Positions 27,100-40,014 of a DNA stretch of 64,000 bases are shown here, one piece after another. The translations under genes were made by a program, and so were the position numbers. The notes below the pieces were generated by a model. That model worked only from the letters and a program-made list of their open reading frames with translations, had not been told where the DNA came from and did not search any database. Numbering within the stretch: the first letter of the stretch is position 1; every line of letters starts with the position of its first letter. This DNA is from Eledone cirrhosa (lineage: Eukaryota): assembly GCA_964016885.1 (NCBI GenBank), contig OZ024744.1:95790001-95854000 (forward strand). The letters run 5' to 3'.

Positions 27100-27749
27100 C
27101 AGTGAATCTTCGATTACCCGGACGGTCAAAACCAAACAGTTAGAAAAAGATCCGGTTAAGTGAAATATCCGGATAAGTGAATTCTAAAATCCCATTGTTA
27201 CATAATGCTCGTGGTTTCTAATGTTTTGGCTTCTTTTAGTCAAAATAAAAGATAAATGCTAAATAAAGAAAGTTTATTAGAATAACAAAAGAACAGCTGG
27301 AATTTATAAGAAAATTAATTAAACAAACATAAGAATAACTAAAAACTTGGTAAAACTGAATTGAGTCAAACCATAAAAAGTTAGTACTTTTATCAAAATG
27401 AATAAATAGAAGATTGTTTTCGCGCCGAAACTCGTCGTTCCGCTACCATTTCCACGCAACAGCTGAACGGTCAACCACCTCCCTCATGTTTATCGCACGT
27501 AAACATGGAATCATTCCCGCGTGCCCTTTTCCGATCAAATCCCGCAGCAATTGTTTTCTGTAAACCCGCTTTAGTACCTCCAAAACTCCCTGGTCCATTG
27601 GTTGAATAAGTGACGTAACGTTCGCCGGAAGAAATGCTGCCCGAATCTGTCCGTCTGCCGAAATCAAGTCCTCCTCATCCGGTATAGAAATAGCCGTCCG
27701 GTAAATCGAATTTCGGAAAAGCGATATCCGGATAAGCGAAGATGCACTG
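27100..27749 (-). mobile_element. Tigger/pogo-type internally deleted DNA transposon
   Basis: TA-flanked TIRs cagtgaatcttcgattacccgga / tccggataagcgaagatgcactg. DDE_1 fragment FLPANVTSLIQPMDQGVL. Confidence 0.85.
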
Positions 27750-27769
27750 TATATATATATATATGTATA

Positions 27770-29655
27770 TAGTTAAAGACTAGCATGGAAGGCGTGGGAA
27801 AAGGGTGGGAGTAGGGAAGAATATGCAGCTGCTAAGAGAGAAGCTAGACGTCAGGTGTACTTAGCACGCAGGGAGGCTGAGAGTAGGAGGTTTGCCAATG
27901 TTCTGCGACGGGAAGATCAGAGGCGTGCGGTGTTCCACATTGCAAGGCAGTGTGTCAATGCAAATCAGGATGTTGTTGGAGATAAATGTGTCCGGAATGA
28001 TGCCGGTGTACTTAGTGTCATGAATGATCAGAAAAAGGAGGCCTGGAAATGTCATTATGAGAGACTGATGAATGTGGACAACGAATGGGAGAGAGAGAAA
28101 TTACCCTCAGTAGATCCGACAGAGGGACCAGCTATTGAGATTGACGAATATAGGGTCCAAGAAGCGATTAGGGAAATGAAAAATGGTAAGGCTGCCGGAC
28201 CATCGGGAATAGTTGCTGAGATACTGAAGGCATCAGGGGACGTAGGCACTAAACTGGTTGCACGCATCATCAATCAGGCTATATATGGTGGTGTCATACC
28301 CAAAGACTGGTGCAGCAGTATTCTCATAAATTTCTACAAAGGTAAAGGGGATGCTCTGGAGAGGAGCAATTATAGGGGTATAAAACTGAGAGATCAGGTT
28401 ATGAAAGTGGCAGAAAGGATATTAGCACAACTAATTAGAGAAAGGGTCAAACTAGATGAGATGCAGTTTGGTTTTGTGCCTGGGAAGAGTACAACAGATG
28501 CCCTCTTCTTGGTGAGACAATCGCAAGAGAGGTTCTTAGAGAAAAATAAGCCACTATACTTAGCCCTTGTTGACCAAGAGAAGGTCTTTGATAGGGTACC
28601 CCGATCTGTCATCTGGTGGTCCCTAAGGAAACTAGGTGTTGAGGAATGGCTTGTGTGGACAGTGAAAACTTTGTACAGAGGTACTGTCAGTAAAGTCAGG
28701 GTAGGAATGGAGTTTAGTGAGGAATTCCAGATACAAGTAGGAGTACATCAAGATTCGGTCCTCAGCCCGCTCTTGTTCATTATAGTCCTCCAAGCCATAA
28801 CAGAGGAGTTTAAGACTGGCTGTCCATGGGAACTTCTCTATGCTGACGATCTGGTTCTTATAGCAGGATCAGTAGAGGAGCTAGAGAATAAATTCTGGCT
28901 ATGGAAACAGCAGTTGGAAGCAAGAGGACTGAGAGTGAATCTAGCTAAGACAAAAGTGTTGATGAGTAGAAAAGAGGACAAAACTCTGATTCCGTCAGGG
29001 AAATGGCCATGTTCGATATGCATAAAAGGAACTGGCATAAATTCTATAAAATGCACACAATGCAGATCTTGGGTACATAAGTAGTGGGATAGAAGTCGCA
29101 TTGATAGACACATTTTTCAAATGCAGGTGGGTGCTATAGAAGTGGTTGATAGCTTCCGGTACCTAGGAGATCAGATTAGCATGGGAGGGGGTGTTCCGAG
29201 GCCATAGTATCTAGAATAAGGACGGTTTGGAAGAAGTTTAGGGAGCTGCTTCCTCTGCTGACGAAGAAGGGTTTCTCCCTGCGTACGAAAGGCCGGTTAT
29301 ATGATGCCTGTGTGAGGAGCGCGATGTTGCATGGTAGTGAGTCATAGGCAGCAACTGCAGAGGATATGCGACGGCTGGAGAGAAATGAGACAAGCATGCT
29401 CCGTTGGATGTGCAGTGTCAATGTACGTGAACGACCCAGCATGAATGTGTTGAGAGAGAAACTGTGTCTGAGAGGGATAGAATGTAGTGTACGGGAGAGG
29501 AGACTGAGGTGGTACGGACATGTGATGCACAAGGAGGATGACCGATGGGTGAAAAAGTGCCAGGAAATGCCAGTTGAAGGAATACGTGGTAGAGGTAGAC
29601 CACGAAAGCAGAGAAGAGCGGATATAAAATGATAATGATGATGATGATGATGATA
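27770..29655 (+). mobile_element. 5'-truncated RTE-clade LINE (RT ORF 27855-29084 plus disrupted C-terminus)
   Basis: KAAGPSG, NYRGIKL, QFGFVPGKSTTDA, FDRVPR, LSPLLF, LLYADDLVL, Cys-rich WPCSIC..CTQC..WVHK, YLG, WYGHV, GRGRP, (GAT)n tail. Confidence 0.93.
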
Positions 29656-29659
29656 TTTA

Positions 29660-30207
29660 ACGAAGGGTTATTAGTAAAGAAATAGCTAGATGGATTAACA
29701 TGATTATTAGATGAGATAACAAGAATGGCTGATTTAGTTTATATATAAAGGTTTACTTCACTTGAGTCAAAAAGAACAATAAACATATTACCACGAGTTG
29801 CAAAGGTTGACAATGTTATTTTTGTTGTTGGTTCACGAGGCTGTTGTAGTCTGCGCCAAGAGAGAGAGATAATGGTCTGTAGTTGACTGTAGACCACTGT
29901 GGCCTGTAGATAGCGGTGAATCTTTCACATAGCTTGTAATAGCGTACTGATTCGAACTCTCTGTCTTTCTGTAGACCTCTGGGGCCTGAAGGTAGCAGTG
30001 AATCTTTCACATGACTTGTCTATATCGTGGTGCTCCTCCGAACTCTCTGTCTATAAAGTGGGAAAATATAGGCTTTATATACCTGTCGCTCTCTGTCTCC
30101 CACCTTGAGGGGATAGCCCACACATGAACCTGTTCACACCAATAGGGTGGTGACCTAGAGTTTGACCTTTAGGTGTTACCCAAGGTTCAAGGCATGGACA
30201 GATTTCG

Positions 30208-30212
<5 letters not shown>
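29660..30212 (-). mobile_element. Possible solo LTR
   Basis: Minus strand starts TGTGGCG, has a TATA-like ggtatataagcc and short internal repeats. No partner LTR seen. Confidence 0.35.
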
Positions 30213-30265
<53 letters not shown>

Positions 30266-30341
30266 GGACCTGTTATTTTTATCTGAAGACATTTTTTCCA
30301 ATTCCACCCGCCCGTCCCTTCAATCTATCTTATTTCTCATT

Positions 30342-30382
30342 ATTTCTTCTGATGGAGGACTAGCGTCCGAAACGTTAAAACC
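30342..30382 (+). ncRNA. Degenerate hammerhead motif (pLTR-like)
   Basis: CTGATGG-a-ggac-tagc-gtcc-GAAA-cg-TTA. Stem II is intact, stem I is weak. Confidence 0.5.
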
Positions 30383-30461
30383 CTCTTCCTGCTATTTCAA
30401 GCGTTAACCTAATATATTCCTTCCATATAAATTACCGATTGTGTTGTTATTTCTGTTTACC

Positions 30462-30563
<102 letters not shown>

Positions 30564-31049
30564 CGATCCGTAGCGCGCCCATGGCCTTTTATCTATCAAA
30601 AGGCCATGAACGAAAGAAGTGATAGTGAAGAGAAAGGAATAAAGAAAAAGTGAAAAAGTGAAAAAGAAAAAAAAAGGAAAAAGGAAAAAGCGAAGTAAAC
30701 ATGCCATCAGAAGGGGGAACACAGGACAAGGGCACATATATGTAAGTAACCGAAGAGAAAATAGATCAAGTTATACCAAGGGTATAAGCCCGGTGGCCAT
30801 AATAACAGAGGAGTTAGGTTACATGTAATTAACATTACAAATGGGGAAGCGGTAAAAAAAAGGGCAGATCTGGCTGTGTGGTAAAGTAGAAGAAAGGACT
30901 ATGAAAAGGAGGTGAAAGGCTGGGACTCTAGGGCCACAGAAGAAAAGGAGGGGAAGGGAAGGGGGTGATGGGTTCTGGGTCTCGGTTCCTGGCGATGGCT
31001 GGTTGTATTTGTTTATGCGTTTATATTAATGTTTATCAATGACATTAAG

Positions 31050-32240
31050 ATGTATCGTTGTTGAGAAGAAGTTAAAGAAACATTTACTTCCAAGTGATAC
31101 ATATGTCTTAAACGTTATATTGGTTGCGGATTGTAGCATTATTTACTGTCACTTGGAAAATATTGAAGTTAATGAATTCCAACACTCCAGAATTAAATGT
31201 CCGCCTCCCGTCAGCATTCCACACCCACGGGAAGTTGATCAATGCTACTCGTCCGCCACATGCAACAAAGGAAGGAACTGCTCCAACTGAAACAGCTTCT
31301 TCCACCTCTCTTGCGTCAAACTCACCCGCCGCGCGTCGGAATCCCTGCACCGGTGGCACTTCCTACTATGTCTATCTACCTGGTGGCGATTTCCCACCTC
31401 AGGCAGTCGCGGAGAGTTATCACCAGGGTCCCCTAAGCTGCCCGCACTCCCGTGACCGAAGCGCTAGCGACGTCCATCGATCGAGCTCTTGATTCGGGCG
31501 GCCTGCAAGACTGGACTAAGGGTACTCGGGATCCCGATGGTAGTGAACCCGACGGCAGGAGAGAAATCGGTACCCTCCCTGACTTGGAGGCTCAAAGGCA
31601 ATATCGCTCCTTTCTGCGACCCTCTCATGCTGCCCACCAGTGCCGACGCAGCGCCCGCAGTCCACTTCCGACCGCACGAAACGTCTCCGGGACAGAGTCA
31701 ACCTCAAACGACATCAGGTACGTTCCAGCCCCGGACAATATCCTTTCCTCGACTGTGTTTGGTGAGGACGTAGTAGCTGCCCTGAGATCCTTCCCCGGTC
31801 ACCTCAGAGACTTTATCTCACCTCATGCTGCAGCCCGATTGCTTCAGTCGATAACAGCCCTCGCCAACTGTCTTCTCTGCGCCAACTTGCCCTGCCATGC
31901 ACGCGATCTTTTCTTCTCAGCCAGTCTGACCGCCGTGAGGAAGAATGACGGAGGCAACCGCCCCATCACGGTGGGCAACGTCTTCCGACGACTTGCAGTT
32001 AAGATAGCTTGTATGTCAGTCAAAGATTACCCAGCTCGGAGCGGGAATCAAGTGCAGATGTAAGGTTGCAGCTCATGCGGCCAGACATTTCATAGATCCT
32101 CTTTCGTCACCTTACTTCCTTGTGAAGCTGGACATGACAAAAGCTTTCAACAGCGTTAGAGGGGAACACGTCTTAGAGATGTGTCTCAGACGAGCCCTCT
32201 CCATTTACCCTCTCGCTCGCCTCTCGTACGGAAAACCTAT
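31050..32240 (+). pseudogene. CRE-clade non-LTR retrotransposon, N-terminal/RT fragment
   Basis: HLRD..LLQSITALAN..FFSASLTAVRKNDGGNRPITVGNVFRRLAVK, then KLDMTKAFNSVR. Confidence 0.8.
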
Positions 32241-32684
32241 AGTGAGTTGAATGCTGGTGTGGATGGTTGTGTTGTGGTGTTGATTCTGATGTGTGTGTAC
32301 CCACTTGTCAGTGGTGTAGTTACTGTTGTGTAGAGTATAGGCGAGAGAAGCTTGATGTGCCTGATACAGTATGACCAGAGGTTGTGTGTCCAAGTAAGTG
32401 AGTAACAGTCTTCATTATGATGATGATGATGATATGATGGTTCCTTGATCTCGTAGGGAATGAAATATATAAAACCATGAAAACATAAAGCTGCAATGTT
32501 ACTAATCTATGAAATATAACTTTCGCCGAAGTTATAAGACAATACACAAAGAACAAATAAACGCAGATAAATTATGTGTTTGGATGATGTGTATACGTGT
32601 TTGTTTGCAAAAATATAATTGAAAATGTATTTACCAAAACTACTTTAGTGTTCTGCCAGACCCAGAGTTATTTACTCGTGTAAA

Positions 32685-34425
32685 TGTTACCGGAATCTAA
32701 CTACTAAATTTTATACAGAAAAGGATAAGATATTTCACATAACACCATATCGAATATAAGTCTTCATTTTTATTGTAGCTCCATGTTATAAATGTTGTAC
32801 ACAAATATTCTCGTACATAATAAGGTATAGTCCAGATCCATGATAGGTGGTTAGAGAAAAGTTAAAATGTTTGTCTTCAGTGTTGTCGGTTCGAAGGAAG
32901 GCGCCAAAAGAGAGAGAGCTTGACTGCTTTGCCGCTATTTATATCCTCTTTCCGGAAGTTGCAAAGAGGGTTCTAGACTTTCGACGGGAAGTAAATCTAG
33001 CTACTTCCCTGTCTAGAGAGCGCTACAAGACTCCCCTCTCAGACGAGAAGTCGAATGACCAAATGAAATCATTGTAGCGAGAACATGAGGAGCAAAACAA
33101 AAGTTACAAGAACATGAATGAATAAAACATGAGCAAGCAAATAGCAAAAATAAGCATAAAAAAGTAATGCATTTTTACAAAGAATGTTTGATGAGCACCC
33201 AAGAGTCGTGATATTTCACGAAATAAGGAAGCCTCAAATTGGCGTCCACGATCCGTAGTTATTTTAGTAGGAACACCGAAACGAGCAATCCAATTGGAAA
33301 TGAAAGCTCGGGCAACGGACTCAGCTGTTATGTCCATGAGGGCTATGGCTTCAGGCCACCGAGAGAAACGATCGATACAAGTCAATATGTATGTGAATCC
33401 ACGACTAACGGGCCATGGACCAACAATATTCATGTGTATATAACGGAAACGTGCGTCTGGCGGGCTGAATTTTCCAAGAGGAGCGCGGACATGCCGATGA
33501 ATCTTAGAGCGCTGACACTTCAAGCAAGAACGTGTCCAACCGGTGATTAAACGACGCATATTAGGCCCGAAGAATCGAGCCGTAATAAGCTTCACCGTGG
33601 CAGCTATGCCAGGATGTGACAAGGAATGAAGTGCATCAAAAACGGTACGCTGATGACAATCCGGAACAAGTGGTCTGGGTGAGCCAGTAGAAACATCGTA
33701 ACGATGAAAAGAAGGAGAACGACTTCGTGGACGCCATCTGGAATGTGTTCGTTCCCGACACAGTTTAGTCACTTGACGAGTTAGCGCGTCAATGGCTCTC
33801 AATATAGAGTCCTCACGAGGTGGAACAGGCTGTGCTTTAAAAGTAGAAGAATTGCTCATCATGAATGTAGTAGCCGCTGGGTGAAATGTTTTCTTTTTTT
33901 AACTGCCGCACATGTGGTTTAACTTACGCGAATCAGCCAATGACAACACATTTGAAAGAAAATTAGTTGTATTTTCAAAATATATACGCACGTGGTGGTA
34001 ACACGAATAGTTGAAGTGATGTAACACGGAGGAAGCAAAATGGCGAATACAAAACGAAGGCTTTGTTGAAAACGAAGACACGAGGTGTTACTCGAGTAAA
34101 TGTCACTGGAATCTAACTACTAAATTTTATACAGAAAAGGATAAGTTATTTTACATAACACCATATCGAATATAAGTCTTCATTTTTATTGTAGCTCCAT
34201 GTTATAATTGTTGTACACAAATATTCTCGTACATAATTAGGTATAGTCCAGATCCATGATAGGTGGTTAGAGAAAAGTTAACATGTTTGTCTTCAGTGTT
34301 GTCGGTTCGAAGGAAGGCGCCAAAAGAGAGAGAGCTTGACTGCTTTGCCGCTATTTATATCCTCTTTCCGGAAGTTGCAAAGAGGGTTCTAGACTTTCGA
34401 CGGGAAGTAACTCTAGCCACTTCCC

Positions 34426-34443
<18 letters not shown>
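32685..34443 (-). mobile_element. Internally deleted Gypsy LTR retrotransposon
   Basis: About 345-bp LTRs (32685-33027, ~34090-34443) with TG..CA ends. PPT gagaggggagtct. ORF 33104-33862 has a gag-like RSRS remnant fused to integrase ([31 protein letters not shown]). Confidence 0.9.
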
Positions 34444-34718
<275 letters not shown>

Positions 34719-34989
34719 TAACTCATAGAATTCAACTCTGCGACTCTACTGGCTTGGCCGAGAGCCGGCTATTTATGAATGTCACTTCCTTTGTCTCCCT
34801 GACCTGAGAACAAGCAGGTGACTCTCTGATATATTAAAATCTCAGACATATTGGCGCTTGAAAGCCATTCACAATGTGAACTTATCATTGAGGCCACAGA
34901 GGTCAGTTTCTATGGTGCCCGATTTGACATTAAAAGCAACTCCATTGAAAAGTGCATCAAATTACTGCTACAGAGGATGATGTGGTGGA

Positions 34990-35480
34990 AAGGAAGAGCA
35001 AAGCCTGGGCGGCGTGCCACAGTTTGAGGTCAGTATGGAAGTCAGATCTTTGTAAACACCTGAAGATCCGTCTCTTCATCGCTACAGTGGAGTCTGTACG
35101 GGTTTGAAACTTGGACACTGACCAAGAGTCTCACTCGGATGGTAGATGGGTGCTACACGAGAATGCTGAGGATGGCTCTGAACATTAGTCAGTATACATT
35201 GAGGATGAAGAACTCAGAGCTCTACGGGAGTCGCCCAAAGGTCAGCTCGAAAGTAACGCAGAGGAGACTGAGGTTAGCTGGATATGCTCACCGACATTCA
35301 GAGTTGACAATGCACTCAGTGGTCCTGTAGGAGCCCCAACATGGACACACTGGAAGGGGAAGACCGAGGATAACATATATTGATGCCCTAAGGACAGACA
35401 CTGGTCTGTGGGAGACGCAGGACATGGCAGTGATGATGAAGGACAGAGACCGCTGGAGAGAACTCATCCATGGATCTTGG
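34990..35480 (+). pseudogene. RTEX-like LINE C-terminal fragment
   Basis: KAWAAC..VWKS..KIRLFIATVESV..ETWTLTK..DGCYTRMLRMALN..RRLRLAGY..GRGRP. Confidence 0.78.
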
Positions 35481-35489
35481 GAATTTTAC

Positions 35490-35780
35490 CCGCCCTAGAC
35501 AGACCCAGCTTACGCTTGGCCGTTGACAACAGGGTTACGGCCCACTCCTCTTTGCGCTGGCAGTCGACTACATTGCCCGCTCGGTCTGGTCGCCCTTCAA
35601 CATTTGGTACCTGGACTACGCGATACTGGGTGGCTCGTTGGGGACTTTCGACTTATCATCCCAGTTCTAAAGCGTCTCGGACTCGAGATCAACCCATTCA
35701 AGTCCGAGGTGATAAACATTAGCTACGGAGAGGCCGAATTCCACGACGCCGTACTCAGCACTCATCCCGTCCTGTCTTGA
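35490..35780 (+). pseudogene. CRE-clade RT core fragment
   Basis: Degenerate PLLFALAV, WYLD, then RLGLEINPFKSEV. Confidence 0.62.
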
Positions 35781-35989
35781 TTGTATGCCCCAAAGGCTCA
35801 AGTATAAGGCCTAATGCCCCAAAGACTCAAGTATAAGGCCTAATATGCTGAGAAATATTATGAGAAAGGAAAATATTTTTAATATATAAACACAGATGAA
35901 ACATGAAATAAACGCTTTATTCGATTTTAATATAAATCAAACAAATCTATTAAGTTCTTTTCCCCAAATGATGTCCCCATCCAAAGGAT

Positions 35990-36680
35990 CCCAGGGGCCA
36001 ACGCCCCGTCGTCCATTACCACAGGTGATGGCGAGGCTAAGATGCTGAAACAACCAGGCACCCTTACGGACATCATCTGACACCACAGTAAGGCTGGGTG
36101 ATGAAGCGGCTAAGGCGCTGGAACAGCCAAGCACCCTCCCGGGCATTACCTGACACCTCAGTAAAGCCGGGTGATGGGGTGGCCAAGGCGCTGAAACAAC
36201 CAAGCATCCTCACGGACATCACCTGACACCTTAGTAAGAATGGGTGATGGGGAATCTAAGGTGCTGAAAGAATCAGACACCCTCACGGACATCATCTGAC
36301 ACCCCAGTAAGGCGAGCCGCCACCGATGACAAGAACTTCGTTGACAGTGGGCCAGCTCCACCAAACGCCTCGAACTCCACAGACCGGAAAAAAATAATTG
36401 TTTGATAGTTCCCGGTATTTTCGGATTTTATTTCGTTCAGCAACGGGAAGCAGTGACCCTCACATTTACCGCAGCATCTTTAGCAGCATAGTGTATAAAT
36501 GTTATTGAGACACGAGTAACATAATTTGAGCCCGCGGAATGTAGGTCACTACACATCCATGATCTGAGAGGGAGAAAAGTCACTGACTGTGACGTCCCAG
36601 ATGAGGCACCTACCTCTTACCCAGGGACAAACAGTGAAGTCATCTGGTCTCTTTCCATCGCTTCTGGATAATCCAGACCG
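35990..36680 (-). pseudogene. CRE-clade RLE endonuclease fragment with ~63-bp tandem repeats
   Basis: DGKRPD..PWVRGRCLIWDVTVSD, AERNKIRKY, GVSDDVR.GAWLFQ.L repeated about 4 times, LSLAITCGN. Confidence 0.78.
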
Positions 36681-37019
36681 GCTCCAATAGTAGATAAAAT
36701 CGAGAATTTGTTGTAGATTCAAATGACTTCTAGTAAAAAAGGATCCACAACGAATCGATTGCGTAAAGTTGCATGCCTTACATTTCCATCTGAAGCCATT
36801 AATCCCGTCTTTCAAAGTCACAAACCAACATAAAATATTGCAGGCAGTACAATTAACAGTATTTGAAATTAACCTGTTGCTAGCCAGAAATTCCAGAGTA
36901 GAGCGATTGTTTGCTGTAATTAAATGCATTTCACGGTGTGTTAAATTCAGATTTAAAGTTTCTTCTGGTGAATTAATATTCTCAACAATAAATTGTGGTG
37001 CACGCGGTCTTCCAAACAT
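36681..37019 (-). pseudogene. Merlin/IS1595-like transposase N-terminal zinc-ribbon fragment
   Basis: LEFLASNRLI...CTAC...DGINGFRWKCKAC..SIRCGSFFTRSHLNLQQILDFIYYWS. Confidence 0.72.
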
Positions 37020-37149
37020 ATTTCTTTCGATATTTAGTTAGTTATACACGGATGACCACGTGCACCACAACTTCAATATTGTCGATGATGATAATTTAGG
37101 ACATTAAAACCAAGTATCGCCATATTTATATCTACTCATCAAATGCAGG

Positions 37150-37810
37150 TTGTCCTTCAAGCGGATCGAGTCTGGCTTGAACAACACCGCTTCGCTTCAG
37201 AGCCAAACAGCGGCACGTGGCTCAATTCGGTGCCCTCCTCATCAATCGGTACCCTTCTTGATGACGAGAGACCCTCGCATCGGAGTGGTCAAATGCCTCG
37301 GCCTCCGCGCGTGTGAACCACATAAATGCCACTGTGGGACAGTCGTTGGCAAGTTCGGCCTGCACCAACTGTCCTGCCGCCAGAGGGCAGACCAGTTCCC
37401 CCGACATGCCGCTCTCAACGATGTGAAAAGGAGCCAGGACACAGTTGGCTTCCCATCACAACTGGAGCCAGCAGACCTCGATCGCGGAGACGGCAAGCGC
37501 ACCAACGGAATTACCTTCTTCTCATTCGAAGAAGGTAGATCTCTCATCTGGCACCCCACATATTATCACACGTTCTCTGCCCCCAACTTAGTCGCTTCAG
37601 CAACAAACTCCGCAAAATTGTTGACAGGAAGACAAAGAAATACCGAGGATTGTCCGACCGCTTCCTCTTCGCACTGGTTGTTGTTGAGATCTCAGGTGTA
37701 CTCGGACTCCGTTCTGCCGAGTTCCTCCGCAAGATCAGAACGCCAGCAGCTCATTGGTGGCTGTTGTAGCAGGTCTCGCTGGACATTGTCTGCAGAAATG
37801 CCGTAGCGGT
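37150..37810 (+). pseudogene. CRE-clade C-terminus (Cys/His knuckle plus RLE)
   Basis: LGL..CEPHKCHCG..GLHQLSC..RHAALND..LEP..DGKR.NGIT..EGRSLIW. Confidence 0.82.
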
Positions 37811-38019
37811 GTTGCAGCTGCGCCCCAACACCGCTACGCCTTAGGGGTAGTACACATCGTCCTCTCCCTTCCCCTCTCCTTGCATTCATTTTCCATTTTT
37901 AAATATTAATTAATAAAGTTATTTCTATATTAAAAAATAATAATAATATAACAGCCGTTGTTTATGTTTAGACTTCTAACAACAAACACATCCGACCATG
38001 CCGTGTGAAATTTCCTCGT

Positions 38020-38090
38020 TGTTAAACACGTGACTCCCGGAAGTGAGAAATGGACATTGCAATCTACCCTATATCGAATAAGAGGTAAGG
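38020..38090 (+). promoter_or_regulatory. Possible host promoter/first exon (E-box plus ETS motif, then a splice donor)
   Basis: cacgtgac and ccggaagtg are adjacent in non-repetitive, CpG-containing DNA, followed by ATG...GAG|GTAAGG. Confidence 0.3.
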
Positions 38091-38358
38091 AGGTGTATGG
38101 TTTTTTTTTTTTCTTTCCAATATATTTTCTTTTTCTTTCCATTTTTTTCTGCATATTGTCAATTCAGAGTCTAAAATAAATAAATAATAATAATAATAAG
38201 ACAACAACAACACAACAAAACATTAATGGCTTACATCACCGAAAATAACTTGTCGCTTTGTTCGGTGTTTATTTATGGTAACACCGCTGAATTACATACA
38301 AATCAACATTTGTAAACATCACCAGCGCGCATATATATATATATATAATATATATACA

Positions 38359-38392
<34 letters not shown>

Positions 38393-38489
38393 GTGTGCGT
38401 GCGTGTGTGAGTTTATATGTTTTTATGACTGTATTTATATGTTTTTATGTGTGATCGGGCGTGAATTTATATGTTTATATACATATATA

Positions 38490-38658
38490 CCGTATTTCCC
38501 GGCGTCGAAGTCGCTTCGTCCTCGAGGACACACCCTAATTTTGACAACCCCCCCCCCCCCCCTAAAAAAAAAAACAACCTTCGGCCTTCAGGACGCATGG
38601 TAGATTTTTGAGACTTATTTTAGGAAAAAAGTAGCCTTTGCGACGCCGGGAAATACGG
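38490..38658. mobile_element. pogo-type MITE
   Basis: TA TSD with TIR ccgtatttcccggcgtcg/cgacgccgggaaatacgg. Confidence 0.85.
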
Positions 38659-39536
38659 TAATTATCTGTGTATCTCTCTCTATATATATATCTATACTCT
38701 CGGTTCTCGAATAATCATCTCCCCACTCCCGCTCTTATTCCAACTCCTCCCGCTTAATCCATCCCCTATTATTTCGGTTCCAAATGTGTGTCTGTATATA
38801 TATAACAATATATATATATATATATATATTGTTATATTTGGGGTGGCGTCATATTGTTATAATATTACCAAAATTAATAATAGAATACACTCACTGTTTG
38901 GTTTGGGTTGGTTTTCGCTTCTGTATCTTTTATATCTCCATAGTTAATTTATTTGGCAATCAATGTTATATATATATATATATATATATATAATTATATT
39001 AAATTCAAAAAGAGAGGGAGAAAGCTGACGTTAAATAATATATATCATTTTCTGTGTATCCCCCCCCCCCCCCCCCCCAAGACATTTTGTTTACGTTTTT
39101 TTTTCCGGTGATAATTAAAGCTAACGGTATTTGAGTTTAGCGCACCACTTTCACTTTCGGCAGCGTCTAATCAATATTAAATTGTAAATAAAACGCTATA
39201 TTCCAGGATTACCATTTGGTTTAGTTTCGTTTTTTAGGGGATGTCCACCGGGAAATCATTTCCTCTTAAGTAAAGATTCACATATTTTTTTTAATGCAGG
39301 CCACTTTCTCTGGCTTCATTTAAGGTTTAACAACCTATATTCGGTATTAGCATGACCGACATCTGGGTATCTAGTACCCTCTACACTTCTACTTAGTTAT
39401 GCGTCCCGTTCTTCAAAATGAAGCAAGCTGGCGAACTTAGTTTTTAATAATTCGTGCCCTGACTACATCAGCTCCGAAACCTGCATCATTTTCTACTAAA
39501 CAGTCGACACCCACCAACACCTAATCATATTACAAG

Positions 39537-39703
39537 TTATAACTGTTTCTACTTTTGGCACAGGGCCAGCAATTACCCAGTGCATTACTGTTACTTTATT
39601 TTATCGACTCCGTTAGGATGAAAGGCAAAGTTAACTTCGGCGGGATTTGAACTCAGAATGGCAAAGACCGTAACTCTGTGTCAAAGCATGGCGTCCGACC
39701 CTC
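39537..39703 (-). mobile_element. SINE (family of 45353-45540)
   Basis: Reverse complement of the family, including the B-box gagttcaaatccc. Confidence 0.8.
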
Positions 39704-39809
39704 TGTAATAGTATATAACGAGACTTGTAGCTGGAGCAAAGCGCCAGCCAGACCGTGGGTGACCTGGTGGTGGAACAGCGTTGTTAAACTTCTTCCGTCT
39801 TATCCTTAA

Positions 39810-40004
39810 CCCTTTAGCCTTATCCGGCCTGAATTCTCTCACCTCTTTCTGTCCAAACCAGCTGTAGTTGGTCACTCATACTGATACTAAGTATTGTTCT
39901 CAAAATAAATCATATCAAAATCTCATAGATTCGATATTATGTGAGGTAAAGTGTTTACCATGAAAATACAATAGTATATATAGAGTAATGTAAATGCTAA
40001 ATGG
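39810..40004. mobile_element. piggyBac-like MITE
   Basis: TTAA-CCCTTTAG start. Homologous to 9167-9387. Confidence 0.7.
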
Positions 40005-40014
40005 TTATTCTAGT

